A DNA stretch of 64,000 bases, from the NCBI RefSeq assembly GCF_009914755.1, contig NC_060939.1; one strand, 5' to 3'. The notes under the pieces were generated by a model, which searched no databases, was not told the DNA's origin, and was given only the letters and a program-made list of their open reading frames with translations. The stretch's first letter is position 1, and each line of letters starts with the position of its first letter. A program made the position numbers and the translations under genes. This DNA comes from the human T2T-CHM13v2.0 reference genome, Homo sapiens. This document shows, one piece after another, positions 14,121-32,065 of the stretch.

Positions 14121-15834
14121 AGAGCCGCGGGTCATTCCCGCCTGACACTCGGATCAGAGAACAAAGAGGCCCCAAACCTTTCAGTTATCTTCAGGCTAAT
14201 ATTAGCATGAGAGACATGTGAATAATTTACTCTTTCTCAACAAATGTGGTTAATACTTAAGGGTAAAAAGGAAAAGATTGAGCCCGAAATTAAAAAATGA
14301 AGACAACCTTCAATGATGTATTTCTGCATCAGGCAAGGTGTCTTCTTATGGGAACAGCAGAGTCACCCAGAAACAAGGGTGTAATTATAGCAGTGCCATC
14401 TGCGGCACTAAAATAAGAATGATTATCAACACTATCTTTCAGGTTTTTCACTAAGTCAGAACAATTTGCTAAAAATAATCTGTACTGTATCCGCAACGCC
14501 CCCAAACAATGTGTGTTTTCCCGTCACTGCGGCTGCCAGCTCCCCACGGGCCGGGCCAGGGGGCCGAGGGGGCTGTTCAGCCCCGCTGGCAACCTTGTCC
14601 CCTGTTGGCTGGCTTTCATTGTGAGCATTGTCACTGGAGCAGTGGGAGATGGGTGGAGGGAAAGTTAAGGCTGGATTCCAGCCAGCTCGGGAGGGCCACG
14701 CAGACACCAGCTTGATTGAAGAAGGCTGGGTGCATTTCCCAAGAGCCTCCTGGTGGTTTCAGGGCCCATGGCCAGATCATCAGTTCCTGGAATCCCGCTT
14801 GGTCCAGAGGGAATGAGTCATACCCCCAACCCCCAGCATAAGGGATGAAAATACAGAAGCCAGATACGAGTTCCCTTGTGCTCCATGCAGAGGTTTCCTT
14901 CCAGATTAGAATACTTAGGTCCCCAATCCAGAGCCCCCCTTCCTGAAGTCAGAATTGCCGTGGAGTCTGCAGGGTCACAAAGAGGCGCAGTAAGCATAGG
15001 GACTGAGCTCAAAAAGGCGGGTGGAGTGATGATGACATTTCATCCTGGTCATAGGGCCACTGTTGCCTCTATGGAATATTCATGCGAAAAAAAAAAAAAA
15101 AGAGACCTAACCTAATCTAGTGCAGGGCATGCACTAGATTTCAGAACCTGCTTGCCCCCTGACTCAAAGGAGTCTTTGAGTAGTGTGCAACCTGTACAGC
15201 TGTTCATGGCGCCCTGTGGTTGCCATAGTCATGAGAACTCCTGTATGCCCCACAGCACCAAGGGCCTCTTCCCCAAGCAAGAAGAGCCCCTGCCTCAGAC
15301 TCAGCAACTCTTTTCCCTGAGCAGAGCAGGATGGACGCATTCAACACTGCCCTTCGGATTTCCTCAGGGTATGGGCAATAGTGAATTCATGTTGATTTAC
15401 TAATCAACTAATCAACTAATTACTAAGTTCTTAGGGTAATGATTTTCGAGTCCCAGGAATGTTTCCAGGAGGAGCTCAAGGCTGATAGGGGTAGGAGAGG
15501 TAGGCTGAGCAAAGAGAGTTCTGGACCCTCACCCCTGCTTCACCCGGGAGAGCTCATTTTTTCTTTCTGCCTTACTTGTTGGACTGCTAAGTAAGAGTTA
15601 CTTTGGAAGAAAAGATGCAACAGAAAAACCGCCCTTAAAGGGCCGCATCCAAAAATGTTCATCATGAGATAGGGACTAAATCATGTGTCCAGATGTGTCC
15701 AGAGAAAAGTAACAGGAAATACAAGGTGACATCATCTGGACCCCAGTCTGGGAAAAGGAGCTGGGTAATTCAGACAAACCTGCCTGCTGGAAACAACTGG
15801 AAATGTTAGAACATATTTAAAATATTCTTTAAAA

Positions 15835-16970
<1,136 letters not shown>

Positions 16971-17512
16971 ATAAATATACTATCTTAAAAGTGCCAAAGA
17001 ACCAGCAAGATAATGAAGAACTGCCAGGCCAGCTTCTGGGGAAAGCATGCATTAAGAGGGATAAGAATACTGGGGCCTTTGAAGGCTCTTTGGCCTTAAG
17101 GGACAGAGTTGAGGCTCAGGGGCCACCCAAGGTGGGGAGTCAGGGTGGAGGCCCTTCCCACACTGAAGGCCAACACCTTTGGGGTAAGGGTGAAGCAGCA
17201 GGCAGCCACCTCAGGCAGCAGTCGGGGCACCTGCACCAGGTACTTCAATCAAAGGTGACTGAAGACAGGGAAGTGGGAGGCAGGTTTCATAGGGCTGAAT
17301 TTTCTACCCAGGGAAAAGTTTTTTCAAGAATAGGGGCAGTATAAAGACTGAGGGAGTTCATCACCAGCTGACTCTTCCTGAAGGGATTTCTGAAAGATGC
17401 ATTTCAGTGAGAAGGAAAGTGGTCTCAGAGGAAGGTTTGAGGAGGAAGAAGGAGTGAAGAACAGGAAGTACTGAGAGGGTGAATAAAAACAACCATTGAT
17501 TTCATAAAGCAA

Positions 17513-17920
17513 TGTCTTAATCTGTTTTCTATTGCTTAGAACAGAATACTTGAAACTAGGTAATTTATATAGAAAAGTAATTTATTTTTTTCAGCTATGG
17601 AGGCTGAAAAGTCCAAGGTTGGGGGCCGCATCTGGCGAGGACCTTCTTGCTGGTGGGGACCCGTGGCAGAGTCCCAAAGCAGCTCAGGGCATCACAAGGG
17701 GAGGGGACTAAGTGCACTAGCTCAGGTCTCTCTTCCTCTTATAAAGCCACCAGTCCCACTCCCATGATAACCCATTAATTCATGAATAGACTAATTCTTT
17801 TATCAGAGCAGAACCTGCATGACCCAGGCACCTCTTAAAGGCCCTACCTCTCAATATTGCCACACTGGGGGTTAAATTCTAACATGAATTTTGGAGGGGA
17901 CAAGTATTCAAACTATAGCA
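17513..17920 (-). mobile_element. MST (C/D-like) MaLR LTR
   Basis: tgtcttaatctgttttc ... attcaaactatagca; near-perfect 5-bp TSD agcaa/agcag. Confidence 0.85.
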
Positions 17921-17924
17921 AGCA

Positions 17925-18850
<926 letters not shown>

Positions 18851-18860
18851 ATCGAGGCTT

Positions 18861-19163
18861 AGCCAGGCGCGGTGGCTCACACCTGTAATCCCAGTACTTT
18901 GGGAGGCTGAGGTGAGCGGATCACAAGGTCAGGAGATTGAGACCATCCTGGCTAACAGGGTGAAACCCCGTCTCTACTAAAAATGCAAAAAATTAGCCGG
19001 GCATGGTGGTGGGCATCTGTAGTCCCAGCCACTCAGGAGGCTGAGGCAGGAGAATGGCGTGAACCTGAGAGGCGGAGTTTGCAGTGAGCCGAGATCAGAC
19101 CACTGCACTCCGGCCTGGGCGACACAGCGAGACTCCGTCTAAAAAAAAAAAAAAAAAAAAAAA
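18861..19163 (+). mobile_element. AluY-like
   Basis: Y-type diagnostics (gagaccatcctggctaac, ggagaatggcgtgaac); TSD cgaggct. Confidence 0.88.
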
Positions 19164-20675
19164 CGAGGCTCAGACATGCACAGCCCCTGCCATGGCTCTG
19201 TCCTCCATCGCACTAACACTTGGGTGGCAAACGCAGAGGAGGACTGGCATCTACTGGCCAAGTAACCTTGTCCATTTGATTACTTAGTGCCTCTCCCGGG
19301 TGGATTCAAACATCCTTACACCCCGTGCGCACCCTCATACGTCTATCCACTACCTCTTCCCTGGGGCCTTTCTGTCCCTGAACTTCTGGTCTCCTCCCAG
19401 GCTCCTGACCATAAGCCCAGCCACTCCCCACTGCCCATAAATCCACGGATGTTTTTACCTTGGGCCTTGGAAACATGAAGTGAATGACCAGGTGCACCAC
19501 AGAATGCTCTGCCCATTAGGAAGATGTTCATCGTCGGCAGATGGTGACTACTGCAGCAACCCTGCGTGGTGCTGTGGTGCAGGTACTGTCTGTCTTTGTC
19601 TTGCCCTGACATACTGGGTTGATCCATCCATGAACTGAGCTCGGGCTTTTTCCTCCACTGTTACCTGATCATGGAAAGGCCCATGAGGTGTGAGGCATGA
19701 AGTTAGAGGTGAAGGAAGAGATGGCAATGCCCAGAGTTGGATGATGAGATCTGGAGTCTGCCTGTGGTTCATCTAGCCCAAGAATCAAAGCTGCCTGTTC
19801 TGTAGTCTGGCTCCTGCAGAACCCCTTCTGGATCTGGGAGCCACTCAAAACTAGCCCAAACTAGCAACATTCTGTGTCAACTGGAAAATGGGTAGACCAG
19901 TTGCCACATGCAGAGTATTATGCCTCCAAAACCGAAAAACCCCACTACTCATTGCTTTTTTTCTTCTCAGACCTAGAAGTCCAAGGTGGAACAACTCACC
20001 CTTTATTTGCAAGTGTAATACATCATTCCCTAGACTCCTGGGCTCCTAGAAACACTACAAATGGGACAGGCCCCTGAATCCTTCTAGGTTTATCTCCTAC
20101 CCTCAAGAGATCGTATCTTCCGTGGTATCAAGAGAACTTGTCACTTCCTGCCCTTCAGGTCTAGTTACCATGGTATCACCAACACAATGGACCAGTGAGC
20201 TGCTCTGCGGAAAGTTCATAGAGCCCCATTCCCTTCCTGAAGACCATATTATATCAGAGGACAGGAGAATCAACCTACCCCATGGGCAAAGCTCTGAATG
20301 TTTGCTTTGTCTACCACACGTGAATACAAGCTGCTTCTGACCCTCCTTCTGATGGGTATGGAACAGATGGCGTTCACCAGATCAACAGCTACATACCCAT
20401 ACCAAAGTCTGTGTTCATCTGCTCCGATGAAGAAGCTCCATGTGGCGCAGCAGCTGCAACTGAGCTGCTGCATGGGAAAGTTTATGGTAGTCCACTCTCA
20501 TCCACCATAATCCATGCGGTCTCTGCAGGGAAGATACTAATGATTCAAATTCTAGTGAATTAAATGGGGATAGGATGGGGACCACTACCTTGGCACTCTT
20601 AAAATCTTTGATGGTGGTCCAACTAGCTGATAGTCCTCCATTACACCTTCCCTGGGCATAATATAATTTTTAAAG

Positions 20676-21463
<788 letters not shown>

Positions 21464-21999
21464 CCATCATTTTTGATTTACTCTCTGTCTTGGCTGACGG
21501 GGGAAATTCAGGGGCTTCCACTTGGCCTTCTCCAATAGGCTCCACAGGTCAAAGAAGCAATTTGTGGGTTCTGCCAACTGCCAAGTAAGTCCATACTAAT
21601 TAAACTAATTCAGGACATAACCACTGGTGGTTTCATGGGCCCAGTGGACACACTGTGAGACGGATTGGGTCATTTGTTACCTGATTCCCACAGTCCCCGT
21701 CCTAACAGGAGAGGCATGATGGCACTTCAGATATGAGTATTGGCTCAGACCATAGCCAACTGCCCTCAAAAACCTGGTTACTTTTTCCAGAGTGTGGTGG
21801 TTACTCAAGTAGAATGCCATGGGTCTTTATGGAGAAAGACTGGAGGCCTCGCTACTGTATATACTCACCATAGTGTTACGGGGTTCTTTCTAACAGAAAC
21901 CAGGCCCTGCTTTAGTCAATGTCAATGGGTTCTTGGTCCAAAAACAGGTTCAAGACTGGAAAATGGGCAAAGGACCACGACTTTCTGTGAACTCCTCTT

Positions 22000-22300
22000 G
22001 GTTTTTTCTTTTTATAACATAAAATTCATCATTTTAGAGTGTGTAATTCAGTGGTGTTTAGTCTACTTCTCTTTGTATGGATTTGCCAGATACTGGACAT
22101 TTCATACAAATGGAATCCTACGATGTGTGTCCTTCTGTGCCTGGCTTCTTTCACTTGGCATGATGTTGAGAACAGCTTCATCTGGGTTGTAGCATGTGTC
22201 AGGCAACTTCCCATTTATGGCTGATTGATATTCCATGGTATGAATATGGGACATTTTGTTTGCCCATTCATCCACGGTTGGACATTTGAGTATGAATCCA
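22000..22300 (-). mobile_element. L1MB/L1M 3' fragment inside ERV-L
   Basis: ctggacatttcatacaaatggaatc...ctggcttctttcacttggcatgatg. Confidence 0.75.
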
Positions 22301-24640
22301 TTCTTAACCCTTTTATTTATGTATATTGAGCAGTACTCTGGATAGTTGCCCATCTACTCTGCCTCTAGGGACATCCTGTCCTATTGGCCATCTTCAGTCC
22401 ATGTATCTCTGAAAATTAGAACACTTACCCCCTTTCTCTTTGTTCTGACCTTGTGGCTCATTCTATTACAGTAATTATACCCACCTTGAAGAAGCAAGTG
22501 CTGCAGTGAAGTGCTGCTGCCTGGTCCTTGCTAGTCAAGATTCTAGCATCCCTCCTGCTCCTGGAGAGCCCTGCTCCGTGGTAGCATCTCCGACCACCAG
22601 ACCTGGCTTGTTGAGGATGGCTACCACTGAGCTTTTTAGCAATACTGGTGCTACCCTCACCAGCAAGCTCCTTGTCACCATGGTAAGTGTCCTCCAGCCC
22701 TTCCAAGGAACACTGGCAGATGGTGGGGTTTCCAGTCTCCTAGAGCAGACCGATTCTTCCAGCTGCATCTCTGAGCCTTTTGGTCCCTGATCCCTTCCTC
22801 CACAGTCAGCCTTGAAAGTTCAAGCGTGACTTCTCTGTTGCTTTTCTCTTTAGAAAGTGGGCCATTGCTTTTGCCCAAGCTTCCAGAGTCATTCCAAAAG
22901 CATACTGGAATCATTCTAGGGCCCTTCCCTAGATGTTAAATTTTGTGCTATGGTCGAATGCCCTCCTATCAACAAAGCTCTCTTCTCTGGCTCACTCTTC
23001 TGTTGCCCTTGACCCAGCCCCTTCAGCACCAAGTCTGTGCTGGTGAGCATTAGCCAGATCCTGTAGCTCTTTCTGTGCGTATCCCTCTCCTTCCTGGGCA
23101 GGCCCAGCACAAGCCAGGGGCCAGCTAGGACCCTGACACTTGGGATGGTGATCTGTGGATTTGAGAACCTTGAGCCCCCAGGTTCCCTTGCAACTCTCTG
23201 GGGCTCCCTAGGGTTTTGTCTCACTTGCTGGAAGATCAAGTCTTATTCACTATTTGAAGACAATGCAAAGGCCTCAAAGGTAGCCTTTTAAGACCATGCT
23301 GGCTCCCTCTGGGACTAGCCCCAGCTCCCCTCCTGAGCACCAGACCAATAGCTAGAGCTGGAGGCAGGCAGCACAAACCAACTGGGCTGGCTCAGCAGAA
23401 AGGACCTTTCTTAGGAGGGTATTGGGCAGCCAGGCTGCAGAACCAAGCTGGGATCAGGACCAGGAACCCAGGGAACTTTGGAGCAGACACCATGTTCGAG
23501 GCCACGTCACTGGAAGGGGCCAGGTAGGATGCTGTTGCTGTTAATTTCTGAGGCAACACACTCCCCTTTCTGTGTACAGATTCTAACCATCTCTTCCTGA
23601 CCGCATCTCTCATAATGAGTCTAAGCCCCATGCAGGAGCATCCTGGAGCCTGAGCCTAAGCCCAGGTCACTGGCCCATGCCCTGCTGGGGTGGGTGGGCA
23701 GGTGAAGACGATGCTTTTGGTACTTGGGCTTCAGAAGTCACCTCCCACCCAATTCCCACCATGGCAAGTTCCCTTCCAATGCAGAAAGAGATGAGAGTCT
23801 TGGTCAAGTTGAAAAGTTTTCTTTGTATCTTTTACCTGTCACTCGGTGAGAGGCACATGGGTGGGGGTGCTAGGCTATTCCTTCAGCTTTGCCATCAGAC
23901 CACATGCGTCTCTGCAATGTGGGATTTTCCTGAGGACTTTTCTATTCAGTGAGAGCATTCCAGACTTCATCTACAGGACTGAAGACCTGCTGGAATGTGG
24001 GAATGGTGCCATGGGGTACAGAAGGATGAGGAAAGATGCCAAAACCTTCTCAGCCTCCTTGGAATCACCACATGGGTTGGGGGCAGTGGCTTCTCACCAT
24101 GTTTGAGCTTGAGGTTGGTCCTGCCCGATGGCCATGGTGTTGGCTTGGAATGTGGAGCAGATACAGGCCATCCCCAGGGACTTCCTGCAGCAGGGGGTAC
24201 AAGAATGTGCCATGTGGGGCTTCCAGATTCAACCTCTTTGCTTTGGGTGACAGATGAAGTCAGCCAGGCATTGGCATGTGGGAAGTGGCCTGGGACCAGA
24301 GCTCTGTACTGGGTCGATAGACATGTCTCTTCAGGTCAGTAAAATGAAGCACAGCCTCAATAAAATAACCCAAAAGGGTGCTGAGTTACTGTAGAGTCCG
24401 TGCTCAATTGAGAAGAGGAGCCCAGCCCACAGCAGCCTCTTCATGCCCCCTCATTGCTGGGTGCTGCTCAGCTGGTTGTGCTGGGGAGGGATCATGTCCC
24501 CAAAACATACGGACTTGCTCCAGACAATAGGGTCACCCTAACTGATCATTTTGCTCTGAGCTCTCTGGCATCCCTGGCAACAATGGAAACCCAGTGACTT
24601 ATGTAGCTGGCATAATCAGGTGACAAACTTTGCTGGTGCA

Positions 24641-25027
24641 TGTATTAGTTTACTAGAGCTTCCATAAAAAAAACCACAGACTAGGGGGAGCTTAAACAAC
24701 AGAAAGGTATTTTCTCACAGTTCTGGAGGCTGGAGTCTGTGAACAAGATGCTGGCAGGTTTCTAGTGGTTTCTAGTGAGGTCTCTCTCCTTGGCTTGCAG
24801 ATGGTCATCTTCTGCCTGTGTCTGCACATGGTGTTTCTCTGTGCGTCCTAACCTCTTTTTCTTCTACAGATACCACTCAGATGGAATTAAGACCCCACTC
24901 TAATAATCTCATTTTAACTTAACTACCTCTTCAAAGGCCCCATCTCCAAATACATTCAAATTCTGAGATACTAGGGGTTATGACTTCAGCATATGAATTT
25001 GGAGGGAATGCAGTTTGGCCCCTAACA
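24641..25027 (-). mobile_element. MLT1B-like MaLR LTR
   Basis: tgtattagttt...ttctcacagttctggaggctgg...cagcatatgaatttggaggg...cctaaca. Confidence 0.85.
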
Positions 25028-26003
25028 GCATGAAATTTACTTGCACCCTGACAAGGAACATTGATGGGCAGTTGGTCCTGTGTCTCCTCCTGGCTCTGCC
25101 CATCTGTGGACTGCAGCGCACTGCTCACGGGCCCTTGTTGGATGACGATTCCTGCTTCAGCAGCATCCTTCTCCTTTCCGTACAACCTCACTGCCTAGTC
25201 ACAGCTGAACGCAGCGTGGAGAGTTTATTCTCAGTAGAGTGTGAGGGGCTTATAGTTCCTGACGTGCTCTCCCTTCCTGAATGATACGCTTTGGGAAGAG
25301 TGAGGGAGCAAGGTAGAGAACATGGTTTTTGGACAAGAGCTAGGTCAGACTAAGGAGGGAAAGACTGTCTTCCAGTCGCCGGTTCCCTCCAAGCCCTTGG
25401 GGGACTGCTTGTATCACCGAAACCTGGAAACTGAGTCAGGGTCCCACTACAGCGCCGACTGCCTGTGGTCCTTTAATTGTTCTGAACATCGTTTCCTTCA
25501 CCAGTGAAGCAAATGCTGCCTTCGTATCTACCCTCTGTGTTCTCATCGATGTGTGTGATGTTTCACGTGACAGATCAGTGCTTGTCACACAGATGCCGCA
25601 ATACCCTGACTGGCCAGGGATCACTGATGAGGGCTTCCACGACCACTTGCCTTTTGCTCCCTCATCTCGGGATGGCCTCTGAAGGCACCTGCTCATGTTG
25701 GGGGCTGCGTCCCCTGCAGTTCAGCGAAGGCACCTCTGTGCTGCTGAGCGCTCAAGAGGTCATGAACCAGGCTTTGTAGGGAAAGTGTCGGCAGGATGGT
25801 GGCGCAGTCCTGGATCTTGGAGGAATGTTAGATGCTTTCCGTGAAATCCCCTCATTTTACAGCTGAGAACCCTGCACTTTGGAGAACCCCAGAGCTGCTT
25901 TCTGTGAAGCATGGAGAAAATAAGAATGTGAACACAGGCCCCTGGACTCCCTCCAGAGCCTCGGTTTCCCTCCCCACTTCACTGAGAAAGAAACTATGAG
26001 GTT

Positions 26004-26129
26004 GGCTGGGTGCGGTGGCTCATGCCTGTAATTCCAGCAGTTTGGGAGGCTGAGGTGGTCAGATCACCTGAGGTCAGGAGTTTGAGACCAGCCTGGCCAA
26101 CATGGCGAAACCTTGTCTCTACTAAAAAA
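26004..26129 (+). mobile_element. Left-arm-only AluS
   Basis: Alu left monomer ending at ctctactaaaaaaa. Confidence 0.85.
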
Positions 26130-27624
26130 AGAGGTCGGCTCATCTAGATCTTTGTGAATGATAAATACAAATTTTAAACACATAGCTGCATTTAACAGTT
26201 GAAACAAGCCATTCTGAGTTTGAGAACACAGCCTTCCCAGGTCCAGTTGAACTGGATGGGGCCTTGTGCCGGGGTCTGCTCTGAATAGCAGCCTTCATGG
26301 AGTTGCCTTGTCTGTGTCAGATGTCCCCTTGGGCCTTTCCATAGCCAAGGGGACCAATGGTGGCACCAATGGGCTGACAGAGGAAGACTGGGAGCCCAGT
26401 GGCTGCACATGTCCCACGGACACCCACTTGTCTAATGACAATGCTTTGGGCTGACTAAATCAGCAGCGGAGAGGGAACCTGAGAGGCGGGAGGAGAAGCA
26501 GAGCAAGGCAGAGTCAGGGGACCGAGTCCTCCAGGAGGCAGGGCCAGCCCAGCATGGGAATTGGGGGCTGGGGGAGGAAGGGCAGAGCCTGGCCCAGGCC
26601 TGGCACACAGCAGATGCCATGCTGTCAACTCAGGGCTGGTGTGGATAGGCTCAGCCTCTCTCTGGGGTCTCTCTCTGAGCCTCTGAGCAGGTGGGCCCTG
26701 CAGAGGCCCTCAGAGGCCATTGGAGTCCATGAACATTCTCCAGGGCCAGAGAAGACCATAGAGACAGCAGAAGGAGGAATGCCCTCCTTCCACCAGAAGC
26801 TCAGCGCTTTGCAGGGCCAGAGGGCCGTTATTGTGGTAGGGTGGTGGTGATGGTGACGATGATGACACTCAAATCCATGGACTAGGGGGAGACTGTCACC
26901 TCACATACCCCCTGACACCCAACTGCCAGCCCACGCTTGAGATATGATGACAAAATCTTCGTGCTTGGGCTCCACAGCCTTTTGCTCCCGCTAAGGGACA
27001 ACTCTCCCTGGGATGGGGACTTATCTCATTGGGCTGGGCTCAGGGAGTTTCCTGGAGGTGTGCTTTGCTGGGGAAGATGGCAAAGAGCAGGTCCCTGGGG
27101 TAAAATAAGGAGAGAGGGGCTGCAGAAAGCGTTCTGTGCCCCAACAGCCTCCACCCCTCCCTGCAGCCAGCGAGGGCGGATGGGAGGCTGTCTGCCGCCA
27201 GAGCCTGGCCTGTGCCTCTCTGGAGGGCCTCCTGCCTGTGCCTCTAACACTGCACTGTTCACCATGCCTGCGCCTGGGCACACTCAGAGGGTGTGCCCAG
27301 CAGAAAGCTTCAAGAACACTTTACCTGCCCCAGGCCATTCCAGGTTGACCTTCAGAGGCCAGGCAGGCACAGGCTTCCCCTGGGCCACTCTCAGGTAGCC
27401 CCTGCAGATTTTGAATTAAACATTTGAGGATTTCACATAGCAGAAAACCAGTTTTTTATCCTGCCAGGAAAAACTTGATGATTTGGCATTCCCACAGGCT
27501 GCCATTGGTGGGAGGGGTGGGCTCAGGTCCAGGTTTAGCCCCTACAGCTGGCCTCACTCACCCACCACACCCCTGCAGGCCTCTGAGTAAGTGCCCTCCA
27601 CTGCGGCTCCGTGCAGAGAAGTGT

Positions 27625-27879
27625 ATTTTTTATGTATTTTTATTTTTATTTTTTTGAGATGGAGTCTCGCTCTGTTGCCCAGGCTGGAGTGCAGTTGCAC
27701 CTCTCGGCTCACTGCAAGCTCCACCTCCCGGGTTCAAGCAATTCTCCTCCCTCAGCCTCCAGAGTAGCTGGGATTACAGGCGCCCGCCACCACACCTGGT
27801 TAATTTTTGTATTTTTAGTAGAGATGGGGTTTTGTCATGTTGGCCAGGCTGGTCTCGAACTCCTGACCTCAAGTGATCC
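27625..27879 (-). mobile_element. 5'-truncated AluS
   Basis: TSD gagaagtgtatttttta. Confidence 0.92.
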
Positions 27880-28614
27880 GAGAAGTGTATTTTTTAAATA
27901 AAGGAGTTGAAGGGACGCTATGCTCCTTTTTCATCCCTCATGTTCATTCCATGGGCTGCATCACAATGGTGACGCTAGGACTCATCTAATAGTGACAACA
28001 TGAGACCCTAGGTAGCACTTACCCTCTGCTGGGCATTACTCTGTCTCAGGAAACTGAGGCTCAGCGAACTTGAGATCCCTCACCTGAGCCCTGCAGCTGG
28101 TGAGTGGTGGAGCTGGGACTCACACCCATGCAGAGGAACACCAGAGCCTGAACCCTCCATGGTCGGGCGGATATTTTTCCAAGCATTCTCCTCCAGTCGG
28201 TCACTTCATGAGCATAAGGACATGGTCCTCCGCCTGGGAACCCCGGGTGCCTGACGGTTCCCACAGCTCACAGCCTGCCCCTCTGTGTAGCCTTTGGGCT
28301 GTGGTCCCCCTCTGATCTGAGGCCAGTCACCTCTGCATGTCCGGGTTTCTGCCTGATTCCAGTCCCTGCCAGGGCAAAGGTGGTCCCCCTGTTGAGGGGC
28401 AGGGAGGGAGGCAGCCTGTGCTTTCTGCTGTCTCCATGTGCAGCCTGCGTGAAAGCCAGCAGCCTCATGGTCCAGTCACGGCACAGTGTGACAGTCACAG
28501 ACAGAGAGGCAGAAAAGACACACAGAACACACAGCTATCTTTGTTTAGGCTGCCTCCTTTCCAGCCCTGATTACTTCAGGACGACTCTTGGATCTAACAT
28601 AACAGAGTGGTCTC

Positions 28615-28834
28615 CACACTTGGACACAGGAAGGGGAACATCACACACCAGGGCCTGTCGTGGGGTGAGGAGAGGGGGGGAGGGATAGCATTAGGAGATA
28701 TACCTAATGTAAATGACGAGTTAATGGGTGCAACACACCAACACGGCACATGTATGCATACGTAACAAACCTGTATGTTGTGCACATGTACCCTAGAACT
28801 TAAAGTATAATTAAAAACAAACAAACAAAAAAAA
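28615..28834 (+). mobile_element. L1PA4-like 3' end
   Basis: ggacacaggaaggggaacatcacac...taggagatatacctaatgtaaatgacgag...cctagaacttaaagtataat plus A-tail; TSD cagagtggtct. Confidence 0.9.
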
Positions 28835-30279
28835 CCAGAGTGGTCTTCTTCTCTGCACATTCCAGTGGCAAGACAGAGTTTAGGGGATGCCAAGAGGCCA
28901 GCACCATCCACGACTCACTCCAATTTTCATGTAAAGACTAGTGTGCCAAGTGCCGCCTAGATGTGAGCTGTGCTGTCCAGCATGAAGGTGAGACTCTCTA
29001 ACCCTTAGCACTACTCCATGCCCAAGACTGGAGTCACTGACCCAGCCTGGGGCCAATGGCAGAAGGGCTGCCTGTACCCACACTTGACTTCTGGGGTCCT
29101 GAGAGAGAGGAGTGTCCCAACCTCTTATTGCCCCCTTGGGGCAGAGGTTGGGCCCTGAGGTGACAGACAACCTCAAATCCTAGGCTCACTTCGGGTCTTG
29201 AGACGTGGGCTTCTCTCCATTCTGTTTTAGAAACAAAAAAAGCAAAAATGCATGATTTCAAGGCGGAGAGGAAGTCTTTGGCTGTTCCATGTTCTTTTCC
29301 CTTGTCTCAGGCATGCAGCCTTGCCTGGGAAGGGGCCTGCAGACCTTGGAGGACTTGCTCAGCGCAATGGACAAGCAGCCCTTCTGTCAAACACTCCCCA
29401 TAGGAAGGTAAAATCAGGTCCCGTGGGTTACCAGAGGGTCGAGCCTCTCCAGTGGGGACTTGCCCAAGTCGCTGTGCGTGCAACTGCACATCCTTGCAGG
29501 CAGTTTCTTGCATATTTCCAGTTTCCAGCAGCACCCTGCATTACAGAGCCTGCTTCAGAGTAAGCCCCTAGACCCAGAGCTGGCTCCCAGAGGAACAGGA
29601 TCGCTAGAACTTATTAGAGCCCCTAATAGAACATCCTGCCACTGACATGCTACTCGCCTTCCAGAAAAACTTGAAGATCCTCAGAGATAGGTGCCCAGAA
29701 ATCATGGGTTAAAACTGATTTTGGACTTCACAAAAGTTTGATTCTGAGCCTGGAGCACCCAGTCCTGAGCTGAGCATTCTCCTCAAAGCTGGGACTCCAG
29801 TCTCCATGTGCCCCATGTGCACTCCGAAAGGTGGCTTCCAGAGTGTTCCAAGCCACCAGGGTTTGAGCAGGGCCATATGACCACATTTGTTTGCATGTAT
29901 CTCCAAACAGTGAGAGATCATAGTGAAGGGTGCCTTTGGCTTCAGTCTGGGGATAATGCTTTTAGTCCTAGGAGCAGCTGAATTCTTCCCCCAGATCCAA
30001 AATTTTGGTCATGTTCCCAGAAGGCAGCCCAGCTGGGGAAAATGATGAAGGCGGAGGCTGGCTTCCTGTGGGGTCACAAGAACCTGCAGGTGATGGGGCG
30101 AAGGTCTCCTCCAGCATGTTCTTCCACTGGTCGCGTTACATGCAAAATGCCTTCTCAACACCCCTTGTCTTCTCCAGCAAATAGATGTCTCTGGGCTGGC
30201 TCAGTTTAGACTCACTCAAGACCAATTCTCTACACATACTTGCCTCAAGTTATTTCTCCACAAACCTGGCATGTAGGTA

Positions 30280-30520
30280 ATGATACAGATGAGGAAACTG
30301 AGGCTCAGAGACTTGAAGTGGTGGGGGCAGGGATTTGATTCCAAAGCTCACGCCCTTGACTCAATTGCTATCTGCCTCCCTGCTGTGTTGAACAACTGGC
30401 CCTGTGACAGATATAGTAGCATCATCTCCAGACTGCACGAGAGAGACTGAGCCCGGGGAGTTAGCTAATCAATTAGGATCACAGAGCTTATTAGTGATGG
30501 ATCAGGACCCACCAGCTGTT
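30280..30520 (+). mobile_element. MIR fragments
   Basis: acagatgaggaaactgaggctcagaga core. Confidence 0.7.
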
Positions 30521-30552
30521 AGCTGGCCCCGTGTTTGGTCCCCCATCCCCAT

Positions 30553-30677
30553 TGTGATGGTTTTAAAATAGTCCACAAATGCTTTGCTATTCTTCCCATC
30601 AAATCTCCTCTCCATGAGTGTGGGCTGTACTTAGTGACTCACTTCTAATGAATAGTATGTAGAGAAATGATAGTGTG
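30553..30677 (+). mobile_element. MLT1F-like LTR, 5' part
   Basis: tgtgatggttttaaaata...gtgggctgtacttagtgactcacttcta. Confidence 0.7.
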
Positions 30678-31178
30678 GAAAAAATAGTTACTTACGTTTA
30701 GGGGTTGTTCTCTCGCACAGCGTGTGTCTATCTGCAAATAACTCACAGCTCCTGGAGGACAGTAATCTTGTCATAGTCATTTCTTTTATTCCCAGTACCT
30801 TGCGCTCTGCCTAGCATATAATAGCTGCTTGATAATTATTTTAATACACAAATGAATGAAAGAAATCATGCAAAATGTTGTCATTGTCATTTCTCCAAAG
30901 ATATTTATGGGTTCAGATACATCAGCGACTTAGAAATGTTGTTAAAGCTTAGATTTCACCAAGAGAAATCATTAGCAACTCTCTACCATGGTAGGGTCAA
31001 AGCTGGGGGCTTACAAAATACAATGTTCAATGTGAATCCTCTAGCTTTTCCACCTAAATCTGTGAAGAGTCCAGATGCTAACTTAAGCCAGAATTATTTT
31101 CTTCTTTTTCAGGAAAATCAAAAAATTTTTAGACTCACAAGTACTATGAACTCAGAGTAAGAGATAACTTTCCTATGA

Positions 31179-31635
<457 letters not shown>

Positions 31636-31669
31636 TCCTCCAATGTTTTAATAAATAATAAAGCATTTA

Positions 31670-32065
<396 letters not shown>

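Noticed and set aside
24931-25800. CpG-containing unique segment with several overlapping ORFs
   Set aside because: No coherent splice-site pair or recognisable protein; cannot support a call
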